Shown here piece by piece: positions 1 to 9,424 of a DNA stretch of 64,000 nt. The translations under genes and the position numbers were made by a program. Location of the stretch: NCBI GenBank assembly GCA_963824385.1, contig CAWGPD010000004.1:160001-224000 (forward strand), written 5' to 3'. Each line of letters starts with the position of its first letter. Position 1 is the stretch's first letter. Source of the stretch: an uncultured Nitrososphaerota archaeon. Lineage in GTDB: Archaea; Thermoproteota; Nitrososphaeria; Nitrososphaerales; Nitrosopumilaceae. Under the pieces are notes generated by a model. The model made no database searches. It saw nothing but the letters and a program-made list of their open reading frames with translations, and was not told where the DNA came from.

Positions 1-1129
1 CATTACTTGTTCCGTATGAGGCAGATGCGAGATTTGCATTTTTACTATTTGCTATTGCGGAAAGTGCAGCCCATTGTGGAGCGCCAGCACTTGTGCCTCC
101 AACAATCCACCAGCCGCTTTCACCGTTAATTAGAACACTGTCATATACATATACACCAGTATTTGGATTACCGTCATATGCTACATCTGGAACTGTCCTT
201 TTGGTATTTGTGTTAAAATTATTCTGATAACTTGGTTTTGGTTCATATGCACTGACACCGCCTCCGCTGTCTGTCCAAGCAGTTTCACTTACCCAATTAC
301 CTGAAGTGCCAGTAGTCAGTGTAGTTCCACCTACAGATATTACATAAGGAGAGGCTGCTGGCCAGTAAACACCATGACCGCCATCTCCGGATGATACAAA
401 GAAGCTTGTTTTTGCAGTGTTGTAATGATAATCATAACTAGACTCGGTTGAAAATTCGCTGCCTCCCCAGCTGTTAGACACCTGTTGTGCTCCAGTTCCT
501 ACTGCTGTATCTACTGCAGAAAGAAGGTTACCAAGTGAACTGGTAGACGCTTCTACAAGGACAATCTTTGCACCCGGTGCTATAGAATGAGCCCATTGTA
601 CGTCAAGTGAGATTTCCAGTGCCCAGCCAGAATCAGTCGATGAGGTTCCTTGGGGAGTAGATTTTGTAAAGCAGCCATTAGCAGTAGTACATGCAGGTAA
701 ATTAAATTGCGAATCAAAGGTATTAAGATCATTTGCAACGTTTGGATCATCATATGCATCTACAATTGCAATTGTTTGACCATGACCACAAAGCAATGGA
801 TCAGTTGCATCAGTTGTAGTTGTATAAGTACAGCCCATACTGTTGAAACCATAAGCGGTCTGAATAATTGCAGGAGCATCGCCACCAGACAAACTAACAC
901 CTTGTAAGTGGCCAATGAATTTTTTGATGTGTGCTGGATGATGTTCCTCAATCTGTAGTGGATTACCAGGACTTGCAGATTGGATTGAAAGACCAGTGTT
1001 AGACATCAATCCGCCAGGACCGTTGATTTCATCTATTCCAGGCATGGCAAGTGCACCACTGCCAGCAAGACTTGAACTTAGTAACAATAACGAAATAACC
1101 GGGATTACAAAGATTGCCTTTAGCACCAT
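1..1129 (-). CDS. Secreted S53 (sedolisin-like) serine peptidase, 3' end outside window
   Basis: Manual translation from ATG 1129: signal peptide MVLKAIFVIPVISLLLLSS, then IAIVDAY, WALEISLDVQ (Glu/Asp), SSGDGG (oxyanion Asp), VISVGGT and GGTSAGAP (catalytic Ser). Absent from the ORF track because no stop lies in the window. Confidence 0.9.
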   Translation of the reverse strand, partial: MVLKAIFVIPVISLLLLSSSLAGSGALAMPGIDEINGPGGLMSNTGLSIQSASPGNPLQIEEHHPAHIKKFIGHLQGVSLSGGDAPAIIQTAYGFNSMGCTYTTTTDATDPLLCGHGQTIAIVDAYDDPNVANDLNTFDSQFNLPACTTANGCFTKSTPQGTSSTDSGWALEISLDVQWAHSIAPGAKIVLVEASTSSLGNLLSAVDTAVGTGAQQVSNSWGGSEFSTESSYDYHYNTAKTSFFVSSGDGGHGVYWPAASPYVISVGGTTLTTGTSGNWVSETAWTDSGGGVSAYEPKPSYQNNFNTNTKRTVPDVAYDGNPNTGVYVYDSVLINGESGWWIVGGTSAGAPQWAALSAIANSKNANLASASYGTSN

Positions 1130-1247
1130 TGTTGGCTCTTTGCCAAGTATACTTAAAAGCATTACTTAACTTCAAGCAGTTTCATCTAGTCAAAAAATTT
1201 GGACATTACCTCATTCTTTGAGAATATAGACACCAGTTCACTAATAA

Positions 1248-1808
1248 CTAGAGTTTAAACAAATTATTATTTTTTCGTGAGACAAATACGATGGATACCA
1301 CTATAGATAGTGTAAATATCGCTATGGAAATAGAAGGAAATTCTGGAATAGTCGTACTGTCAGATATATCAAAGGTAAACAATTTTGAGACTGTTTGCGA
1401 TTGATTTCCAGAATTATATGAGAATGTTACATTTGCGTTTGTAGTTCCAGGTGAAGTTGCAGTAAACAAGTTGGCAGAACCTGGTCCAACTACAGTAGTG
1501 TTCTGTCCGGGTTTAAGATTTGTATTAAATATTGCAAAGCATCCCATTGCTTGACCTATCTGCACATTCTTATCAAAAGTTATAGAAAGTGGAGACAGAC
1601 ATCCTCCATTAAAGTTGATTGCACTAGGAGAATTATTTACTATTGTTGCATTAATTGCAATAGGAACTCCAACATGAATCTGGGACGGACTAGAATGAAT
1701 ATTTGTAAGTTCTATTTCTTGTCCAAAAGCTGGCAAACCTCCAAAAAAGCAAACAACAGAAATCAACGGTAATAACATAATTATTTTTTGCAAGTTCATA
1801 AGTTTCAT
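1248..1808 (-). CDS. Secreted beta-sandwich protein with PEF-CTERM-type sorting signal
   Basis: Signal peptide; C-terminal IPEFP + transmembrane helix + basic tail. Confidence 0.8.
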   Translation of the reverse strand: MKLMNLQKIIMLLPLISVVCFFGGLPAFGQEIELTNIHSSPSQIHVGVPIAINATIVNNSPSAINFNGGCLSPLSITFDKNVQIGQAMGCFAIFNTNLKPGQNTTVVGPGSANLFTATSPGTTNANVTFSYNSGNQSQTVSKLFTFDISDSTTIPEFPSISIAIFTLSIVVSIVFVSRKNNNLFKL

Positions 1809-1946
1809 ATTTGTATTATTTCATAAATGGCTCTTAAAGGATTGGATTACATAAGATGTGTCGGTTGTTTAATAGTTACATCAACCAGGTTTGTGCATTT
1901 ACCACATGTGCTCAAAACTTGTACATTTTCAATACTTTAAAAAAAA

Positions 1947-2147
1947 TTAAGAAGAGTCTGCCGGCACTAAACTTTTAGGTCGCGGATTAAACTTGCTGAC
2001 AATGTATTGTACCTTGTCATCACCTTCTGGCATTGGATTTGCACATCTACCGCATTTTGGTAAAACTACAACTGCATCAGCATCTATTTCGCCTATGAAT
2101 CTATCACATTGTGAACAGTGAACTGATTTTTTATCATAAATATTCAT
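1947..2147 (-). CDS. Small zinc-ribbon protein
   Basis: CSQC...CGRC in 66 aa. Confidence 0.75.
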   Translation of the reverse strand: MNIYDKKSVHCSQCDRFIGEIDADAVVVLPKCGRCANPMPEGDDKVQYIVSKFNPRPKSLVPADSS

Positions 2148-2282
2148 GATTTATTATAGTAGATCTTGATGATAAGTTTGTAGTATGCACTGCCGTGCAA
2201 AAATTAATTTTTCAATTATAAAATCAAATTATATTTTTTAACATTGAGAATTCCTTTAGTACTTTGATTGCGTAAGGATGTC

Positions 2283-2654
2283 ATGACTATGGACACAATT
2301 CTTGAAAGCATAATGCACACGGACAAGCATATTAGATATGCTACAATTGCTGACATTCAAGGAAATGAAATCAAGACTCGAGTAAGAGAAGGAATAGAAC
2401 CATTTCTAAATCCTCAAGATACAAAAGAGACGCTACAGTATGCGGCAAACGCATGGAAGATTAGAAGGACGTTTGAGCCAAAGATTGGAAAAGGTCAGTA
2501 TGTTTTAGCAGTATATGAGAAGCTAAGACGATTGACAATGCCGCTTGCAGACAAGTATCTTATCATGATTACTTGGGGACCAGATGGTGGAACATCGGAT
2601 ATAATAGAACATATGCAAAACATGTTCTCTGGCGATGCAACAAAAGACTGGTAA
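2283..2654 (+). CDS. DUF6659/roadblock-like thaumarchaeal protein
   Basis: D-x-x-IRYATI, REGI-x-P, IGK-x-x-Y-x-LAVYEK pattern typical of this expanded family. Confidence 0.7.
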   Translation: MTMDTILESIMHTDKHIRYATIADIQGNEIKTRVREGIEPFLNPQDTKETLQYAANAWKIRRTFEPKIGKGQYVLAVYEKLRRLTMPLADKYLIMITWGPDGGTSDIIEHMQNMFSGDATKDW

Positions 2655-2818
2655 ATTTCCATTCAGATATTTTTTCGTATAATCATATCATAAGATATGC
2701 AAGTTTTGAAAGTAACTTGTTTCCAAAACCAGATTATAATACAATAAAGATTCAAAATTTATTTTAATTATTAGAATAAACTATTTTGTGCAAGATATAA
2801 TTCTAAAATAATCAGATT

Positions 2819-3115
2819 TTAAAACAAGGATTCTACAGATTTTAACGCATTCCATACTGGTGCTACATGACCAAATTCATCAAAAGCCAATTGTCTGGTT
2901 TCTCTTATCTTCTTCTTGTTATCAGGATCATCCCTTAATAAGACTACCAAATCTTCTAGCCTGTCTGCCAACTTTGACTGGTCTTCCGAGTCTACGTTTT
3001 GAATTGATTTTATCTCATCAGCTGTTAGAACGGTTGACTGTTTTTTTGATTTAGATAAGGTTCTAATTATTTCATCAATTTTCAGAATTGTTGCATCCTT
3101 GTCCAATAATTGCAA
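2819..3115 (-). CDS. Hypothetical helical protein
   Basis: 98-aa ORF with coding-like composition, TTG start. Confidence 0.65.
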   Translation of the reverse strand: MQLLDKDATILKIDEIIRTLSKSKKQSTVLTADEIKSIQNVDSEDQSKLADRLEDLVVLLRDDPDNKKKIRETRQLAFDEFGHVAPVWNALKSVESLF

Positions 3116-3208
3116 TGATGAAAATCCATTATTTAAATTGAGATCTTCATCCGTTGTTCCTTAACGTAGTTAGATGTTCAGAGGGTATAATTTATTTTGA
3201 ATTATTCT

Positions 3209-4216
3209 TTACAGTCCTATACTGTTGATTGCATTTCCAGAATTTGCATCAACTATGAGAATTATCTTTTTACCCTTGTGGTCATACTGGGCAAACCATA
3301 TTGGAACATGCAACAATTCTCCACTTGCAACTTCTTCCTGTGTCTCCATTTGTCTAATCATGTGGTATTTTGCATGAACTCTCTGCGACTGGATTTGATC
3401 AACTATATTTTTGGCCTGGCTTTTTGCAGCATCCTCATTGATATCGCCGTTTAATACCTTGATTGACTTTGGAATCTTTTTTGAGTCAAAATCAGTTTTT
3501 TGATCAAATGAAAACTCGTAACCATGAGGTTGATACGCTGTTAATGATTTTACTGCTACAACAGGACAGTTGTAGATTTCATCAAAAGTATATGCCTTGG
3601 TTGCATTGTTATTCATCATTCCACCTCCTCCCATCATAGTACCAAACAACATGCCGCTCATCATTCCACCTCCATATCCACCTCTTCTACCTCCACCACT
3701 CATTGCTCCCCCCATCATACCTGCCATGGCAGCAGTGGCAGCAAGGCTTCCAATTTCTACTGCAATATCTGTTGCAATCAGATTTGTTTTTGCAGTTACA
3801 GGTACAACCCAGTATGGCACCATTAGAAAGTCAAGTTCTTCAAGCACCGAACTTTCCTGAAGATGCCTATGCAAAAGTCCCTTGTCTATCATCTGGTGCA
3901 ATCTTGTAGTTATCTGATCCTGATCAGAAATTATTATTGGCAGCATGTAATGCTTTGTAATATTTTGCCATCCAGTGCTTTCTAAACTGATGCTGCTTCC
4001 GCAATACTCACATGATATGACCATCTCTCCAAATTTTGGAGTTATAGGTGCACCGCAACTGGAGCATTTTACTTGCTGGGCTTCAGGACTTGAATCCTGT
4101 TTTGCAGCTGGATTTGCATCTTGTTTTGCAGGTGTAATTGGAGTTTGTTTTGTACCGCATTTTATACAATAGACTGCATCATCTGCAAGCTGTAGACCAC
4201 ATTTAACACAAAACAT
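3209..4216 (-). CDS. Double zinc-ribbon protein with Gly/Met-rich hydrophobic segment (YdjG-like architecture)
   Basis: CVKC/CIKC and CSSC/CEYC ribbons, PYW and VPIW motifs, AAMAGMMGG segment. Confidence 0.8.
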   Translation of the reverse strand: MFCVKCGLQLADDAVYCIKCGTKQTPITPAKQDANPAAKQDSSPEAQQVKCSSCGAPITPKFGEMVISCEYCGSSISLESTGWQNITKHYMLPIIISDQDQITTRLHQMIDKGLLHRHLQESSVLEELDFLMVPYWVVPVTAKTNLIATDIAVEIGSLAATAAMAGMMGGAMSGGGRRGGYGGGMMSGMLFGTMMGGGGMMNNNATKAYTFDEIYNCPVVAVKSLTAYQPHGYEFSFDQKTDFDSKKIPKSIKVLNGDINEDAAKSQAKNIVDQIQSQRVHAKYHMIRQMETQEEVASGELLHVPIWFAQYDHKGKKIILIVDANSGNAINSIGL

Positions 4217-4225
4217 ATCTTTGAA

Positions 4226-5295
4226 TTATTTTATTGCATTCCCACAATGTGAACAAAATTTAGAATCAACTGCAATTATACTATTACATTTTGGACAGGT
4301 TATACCTTGAGTTTTTGTACAGTCTGCCGCGTATCTGCTCCACAACTAGGACAAAAGTTACTTGCCACTGGCATCATCATACTACACTTGGGACACTGTT
4401 TCATTGGAGGTTGATACAATCCCTGACCCATCTGTCCGGCCATTGCATATCCAATTCCAGAACCTGCTCCAAACCCGACTCCAAGTCCAGCCATAGAGCC
4501 TGCGCCTCCTGACGGATTTTTTGCAGCCTCCGTCATTGCTTGACCTGCCTGATATTGCATGTAATTTACTCCAAGTACAGACATCTCTCCTTTTGTATTG
4601 ATTGCCTTTTGTACCTCATCTGGAAGATTGATTGTAAGCCCAGAAATCTTGTTTATTTCAATTCCATATTGTCCAAAACTTGATGGCGCGTTTGATAAAA
4701 CAACTTGTTCTATATTTTGCAAGTTTGATGCTATATCAGTAACTTTGAGTCCGTTTTCTTTCATCTTTCCCAGTGCATTGAAGACTAGAAGTACCAGTTG
4801 TTCTTTGAGCCTAGATTCAACTGCATCAGATGTCTGTATTGCAAACGTTCCAACAAATTGATTAATAAAATTCTCTGGTGATGATATCTTCCATCTAAAC
4901 TCTCCAAACACTCTCAAGTTTACCATGCCAAACACTGGGTCTACAAACTGGTAAGGACCCTGTGAACCAAATTTTCCATCAAGATACCTATTTTGTAAAT
5001 AATAAACTTCAGCTGCTTGGACAACTCCTGTGAAAAATTTTAACAGTCCACCAACAATGGGAGCATTAAAGTCTGTCAGGGCATATCTATTTGGCTTGTC
5101 AAAATAAGTCAGCACCTTGCCATCTCTAAAAAATACTGCAATCTCATCTTCTCTTACTACGATATTATCATTGAGTCTGATGAGTCGTGGAGCCTTCCAC
5201 ATTATGTTGCCTTCCTTGTATTTTGATTCCCACTCCATAGTAGTTGAACCGGCTACACTTCCTCCTAGACTAGGTTCTTTTTTTCTTCCAAACAT
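4226..5295 (-). CDS. SPFH/band-7 domain protein with C-terminal double zinc ribbon (YdjI-like); 1-nt frameshift near the 3' end
   Basis: SPFH core (IVVREDEIAVFFRDG, LRVFGEF, LPDEVQKAI) and AGLGVGFGAG. One extra A at the A5 run (4312-4316) extends the frame to TQGITCPKCNSIIAVDSKFCSHCGNAIK* ending at 4226. Confidence 0.85.
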
Positions 5296-5331
5296 TTTAC
5301 TTACACCTCATGTAGTTTGTCACCATTTTTA

Positions 5332-5871
5332 TCACTTTGTAACTAGAATATTTTCTACAGAGTCTAGTCTTTTCTTCCATGACATGTCAAGGGCATCCAG
5401 CAGTGATAAAATTTGTGAGGCAATGTCTGGGATTTGTCTACCAGTGTTGTAATCAGATATGGAATTTGAACACGTTGTAAAGATTTGCTCAGATGCATTG
5501 ACTGAATCAAAATCATATTCATAGAGCTTGTTGAGAACTCCCTCGTCTATTCGTATATTGGGAGATATTCCCGCAGAACCCTGCTGAGCGTGCTGTATTG
5601 CTCCAGATACTTGCTGGATTTGAGATATTGTATTTCCCATAATAGTAAGATTGGCAAAATCATTTTTTGCAGTCATTGTTTTTCTTAGCTCTTCAAGTTT
5701 TATCTTGGAGTCATCTAGTTTGCCAGAGATCTGCTTTCTTAGCAACTGGTCGGCAGCTCTGATATCTTCAAGTTTGCGGTATTCTCGAAGAGCAGGAATT
5801 TTTAATTGTAATTTTTTTAGCGTTCCCCTATTGTCTTCTACTGTTTTTCGAATATCGGGGGTTTCAGACAT
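5332..5871 (-). CDS. Conserved helical protein, first gene of the SPFH operon
   Basis: 179-aa ORF with KIP-x-x-REY...E-x-x-R-x-AD-x-LLR; closely spaced upstream of the SPFH gene. Confidence 0.8.
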   Translation of the reverse strand: MSETPDIRKTVEDNRGTLKKLQLKIPALREYRKLEDIRAADQLLRKQISGKLDDSKIKLEELRKTMTAKNDFANLTIMGNTISQIQQVSGAIQHAQQGSAGISPNIRIDEGVLNKLYEYDFDSVNASEQIFTTCSNSISDYNTGRQIPDIASQILSLLDALDMSWKKRLDSVENILVTK

Positions 5872-5966
5872 TATATCATAGTTGATATTACAAAACTTAA
5901 AGATTCCGTAGAATCAGACTTTGATTACATCCCATTTTTAATTCGAGTCGCGAGTTATTTTCACGT

Positions 5967-7520
5967 CTAGCATTTGAAATTTTCCATCTGCTTTTGCAAT
6001 GAATCCAACTGTGAATACATTTGCAGATCTTGTTGATAGCTTTGCTGAGATATAGCTATTTTTGGCAAGTTATTGTATTGTATCTCTAGTGCATTGAATT
6101 GTTGTTGTAATGCATTATACTGTCCAATTTGGTTTACGGTACATGCATAATCTACATTGGGAGATTTGAATCCGTCTTGAACCATAGGAGTTGTTTTTGT
6201 AATAGAATATGATGTAAATGGAAATTGTTCTGCGCCATTTTGCAAGAATGCAACCATGGTGTAAACACCTCCTTGCGTGATAAACGGAGATAGGTCAAAT
6301 GAAGTATCTACATAGTTACCCATCTGTACCATCGTATTTGCAATCTCCAAAGTTTCATTACTTGGCTGATAGTATGAACCGGTTACAGGAGGTGGCACTA
6401 TAGTTACAAGTTGATTTCCTAGTTTGTAAAAACCATCATTTTTGTGCACTTCATAGGTCTGCTTTGTAGGAAGAGGATCATAGAATATTCCAATACTTAG
6501 CAATGAGCCAGTTTTTAGATTTCCTGAAAAAGTTACAACGCCATTGTTTTCAGAAGGTGACTTTATAAAACTCATATAATTATTTTCAAAGTTCTGGGTC
6601 ATGAAAAAGGAATACTTGGTATATGCAATACCAATGCTTACGTCAGTGTGATATCTATCCAAAATATTATCCCTGTGTCCGTTGTTACAACATACTAGAT
6701 CATTATTCATCATACTAGATTCACTCTTTTGAATCTCAGTTTTTGGGTCAAGTGCTGGACAAAGTACTAGAGTATCTTGGCATGCCGAGGGGTTGTCATA
6801 TTTGGAATCTGCTGCATTTTGTGCTACATTTCCAAGTCCACCATATTTTGTATACACCATGTATGGCTTTTCACCATCTGACATGTAGTGTGATAATGTT
6901 TGTGTTTTCAACATGTCCTCCGCCTGTGCCTGGGCTGCTTGATTGTCACTCAGTGTAACAGGTGGCAACCCATTAGCTGCCCTATCATTGTTGATTAATT
7001 GTAATGCGTAATTTCTTAATTCAGCAAGTACTGCAGGGGACTGGGTAGTAGCTAGAGTTGGAATTGGAACCTGCGCCGTGTTACCATTGTTATTACTTCT
7101 GATTGGAGATATGTTTGATTGTAAAATTTGTGGTTTTTGGATTGTGTTACTTGGATTAGTTTGAGATGCGGCATTGTTTGTGGTTTGAGTATTACTAGGA
7201 TTAATTTGAGATGTAGTATTGTTTATGGTTTGAGCATTACTTGGCGCAGTGGGTTTATTTGCAAGTGTTGTGGCTTCTTTTTGAATTTGTTGTGATGTGT
7301 CTAATGCTTTCTCTGATACAAGATTAAGAAATTTCTGACCTAGATTACTTGTATTTGCATAATAAAATCCAGCAGATACAATCACACATATCATTAGAAC
7401 AGAAACTATCTTTGCAAGATTTTTTGTCTTGTGTGTAGAATTTCTCTCGTATCCACAATCTATGCAAACAAACCTTCCCTTTTGAGTGGTGATATAATTA
7501 TGATTTTTACATTCGGCCAA
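5967..7520 (-). CDS. Membrane-anchored CAP (SCP/PR-1) domain protein
   Basis: LINNDR...GLPPV, AQ-x-QAEDM...LSH, GHRDNIL, VSIGIA; N-terminal C/H cluster, TM helix and N/T/Q-rich linker. Confidence 0.88.
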   Translation of the reverse strand: MAECKNHNYITTQKGRFVCIDCGYERNSTHKTKNLAKIVSVLMICVIVSAGFYYANTSNLGQKFLNLVSEKALDTSQQIQKEATTLANKPTAPSNAQTINNTTSQINPSNTQTTNNAASQTNPSNTIQKPQILQSNISPIRSNNNGNTAQVPIPTLATTQSPAVLAELRNYALQLINNDRAANGLPPVTLSDNQAAQAQAEDMLKTQTLSHYMSDGEKPYMVYTKYGGLGNVAQNAADSKYDNPSACQDTLVLCPALDPKTEIQKSESSMMNNDLVCCNNGHRDNILDRYHTDVSIGIAYTKYSFFMTQNFENNYMSFIKSPSENNGVVTFSGNLKTGSLLSIGIFYDPLPTKQTYEVHKNDGFYKLGNQLVTIVPPPVTGSYYQPSNETLEIANTMVQMGNYVDTSFDLSPFITQGGVYTMVAFLQNGAEQFPFTSYSITKTTPMVQDGFKSPNVDYACTVNQIGQYNALQQQFNALEIQYNNLPKIAISQQSYQQDLQMYSQLDSLQKQMENFKC

Positions 7521-7568
7521 ATGAACTGACTCCCTATGTTACCAAAGTTACTTGAATTTGTTCTAGAG

Positions 7569-7796
7569 TCATCCTATTTTTCCTCCAGTTAGTTGATCAA
7601 TTTTAGATTTTAGATCGTAATGACTTGCATCTCCCAAAACTTTTTCAATTAAATTATCAGCCATTGGTTGTGCCTTGTCTCGGATCATAATAAAATCCTG
7701 ATAATATTGACTGGCATTTACTCCAGTATATGCAATAAAAGCCAAACCAAGTATGGCTATTACGATTATCTTGCCTATCATCTCAATCTGATTCAT
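7569..7796 (-). CDS. Small membrane-anchored hypothetical protein
   Basis: N-terminal hydrophobic helix. Confidence 0.65.
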   Translation of the reverse strand: MNQIEMIGKIIVIAILGLAFIAYTGVNASQYYQDFIMIRDKAQPMADNLIEKVLGDASHYDLKSKIDQLTGGKIG

Positions 7797-7988
7797 TACA
7801 GCACTTGATTAGATTAAAGGTTTGTGTACCAATTATTAGTCTACTAATCAGTTATAGTCGGACATGTCATGTGAAACTAACTATCGATGGAATTTTGTTT
7901 CTTATCGAGGCATTATCATTTAATTTTTCAAAACCATGAGCGTGTAACAGAGTATGATAATTATACTAGCAAGCCAAGGATACCATAG

Positions 7989-8276
7989 TTGGATAAAATA
8001 GAATACGAAGGTACAGTCTGGGCAATTAACCATGGCTTGCCACAGCCATTACTTGACCATTGTATCAAAAAACTAGTCGATCATGGAGTAAAAAAAGAAG
8101 ATATTGTAATTACAGATGCTCCATCTGATGTTAAGGTTGGAACAGTCGTAGTTGATGTATACCCATATCACATTGAAGTGGGACGTGTAAGAACAACAAG
8201 AAATGACTCTTACATCAGCGGCAGTATAATGATTATAGAACTAAAGGCAGATCCCGAAGGCAAATACATCGATTAG
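7989..8276 (+). CDS. Hypothetical protein
   Basis: 95-aa ORF with coding-like composition. Confidence 0.7.
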   Translation: MDKIEYEGTVWAINHGLPQPLLDHCIKKLVDHGVKKEDIVITDAPSDVKVGTVVVDVYPYHIEVGRVRTTRNDSYISGSIMIIELKADPEGKYID

Positions 8277-8362
8277 AATTCAAAAATCAATCATTCCATA
8301 AGTTGAATGTATCAATTACATACTGATCTATAAAGAGTACAAGCGTATTACGATAAAGCAGA

Positions 8363-8521
8363 ATGATTACATGCGCAATCTGTGGTAAAGATATGAAGTT
8401 TGTTGAAGGAGATATTATTCATGAGGAAAATTGGTATCATGGAGCATGTTTGAAGATAAAAAATATGAGTACTGATATTTGTATTCAAAGCAAATACCGC
8501 GAAAAAAACACACGGTATTAA
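8363..8521 (+). CDS. 52-aa zinc-finger microprotein (CxxC...HxxC, half-LIM-like)
   Basis: Manual translation MITCAICGKDMKFVEGDIIHEENWYHGACLKIKNMSTDICIQSKYREKNTRY; below the ORF-track cutoff. Confidence 0.65.
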   Translation: MITCAICGKDMKFVEGDIIHEENWYHGACLKIKNMSTDICIQSKYREKNTRY

Positions 8522-8620
8522 ATTAAGCAAGATGTCGCAAACGTATCTACGAGACTTTGTGTAACATAGAATCACATACTCATCCCTAAAGATTGCCAAC
8601 TGTATTACAATACCATACAA

Positions 8621-8704
8621 ATGATTACATGTACAAACTGTGAAACCGTCCACATATCAGAATCTGCAATTGCATGTTCAGATTGTGGAAATATATTTGA
8701 ATAG
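8621..8704 (+). CDS. 27-aa zinc-ribbon microprotein
   Basis: Manual translation MITCTNCETVHISESAIACSDCGNIFE (CxxC-x11-CxxCG); T-rich tract follows. Confidence 0.6.
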   Translation: MITCTNCETVHISESAIACSDCGNIFE

Positions 8705-8822
8705 GCAAATTGCCTATAACCCCATTTTTGATTTTTTCAGATCATTTAGGATGTATTTAATTTTCAATATGCTCAAAAGTTCAAACGCATAATTATCTAC
8801 ATATTATAACATCAAACAAGAA

Positions 8823-9419
8823 TTGAAGATACAAAAACAAAGCATAGTGTTTGTAGTCAGTGTATCACTAGTTTACTGTGCAATATCTGCAGGATTTTCT
8901 CTAGTCGGAACAGTTCTTCCAGACAGAATGGTGTTGCTTAATCCAATAGAACATGGAAGTTTAAGCGTAAAAGAGATTGGAGGACATTTCATTTGGGGGC
9001 TTGTTGCAGGAATTGTCACATTACGACTCCGATACATACTGCTGGGAGGAATACTAGCAGTCCTAATAGACTCTGATCATCTCATAGGACTATTACATGT
9101 AGAAGCCATACCTCGAATGAGTCATTCCATCACATTTGCAGTATTGTCTACAATTATTTTATCACTGGTCTTTTCAAAAAAGGATTACCGATTAGGGGCA
9201 ATTGCATTTACAAGTGTACTTGCTCATATTTCATATGACATGTTTGAAGACTCGTATGGATTTCCAATCTTTACACCGTTTGTAAACAAAATAATCAATA
9301 TTCCAAGAACAGACTGGATAGTCTTTGAGATTGCCGCAATTTGTATAGTTGGAATTGTAAGTTTTATTGTCACAAGAAAAGAAACAGATGCGAAAAAAAT
9401 TAACCGTGATTCAGGTTAG
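8823..9419 (+). CDS. Inner-membrane metal-dependent hydrolase (YdjM-like)
   Basis: GH, LIDSDH, RMSHS and H-x-x-x-D motifs among TM helices. Confidence 0.8.
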   Translation: MKIQKQSIVFVVSVSLVYCAISAGFSLVGTVLPDRMVLLNPIEHGSLSVKEIGGHFIWGLVAGIVTLRLRYILLGGILAVLIDSDHLIGLLHVEAIPRMSHSITFAVLSTIILSLVFSKKDYRLGAIAFTSVLAHISYDMFEDSYGFPIFTPFVNKIINIPRTDWIVFEIAAICIVGIVSFIVTRKETDAKKINRDSG

Positions 9420-9424
9420 ATAAA

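Noticed and set aside
8348..8653. 101-aa minus-strand ORF
   Set aside because: Antisense to two better-supported Zn-finger ORFs
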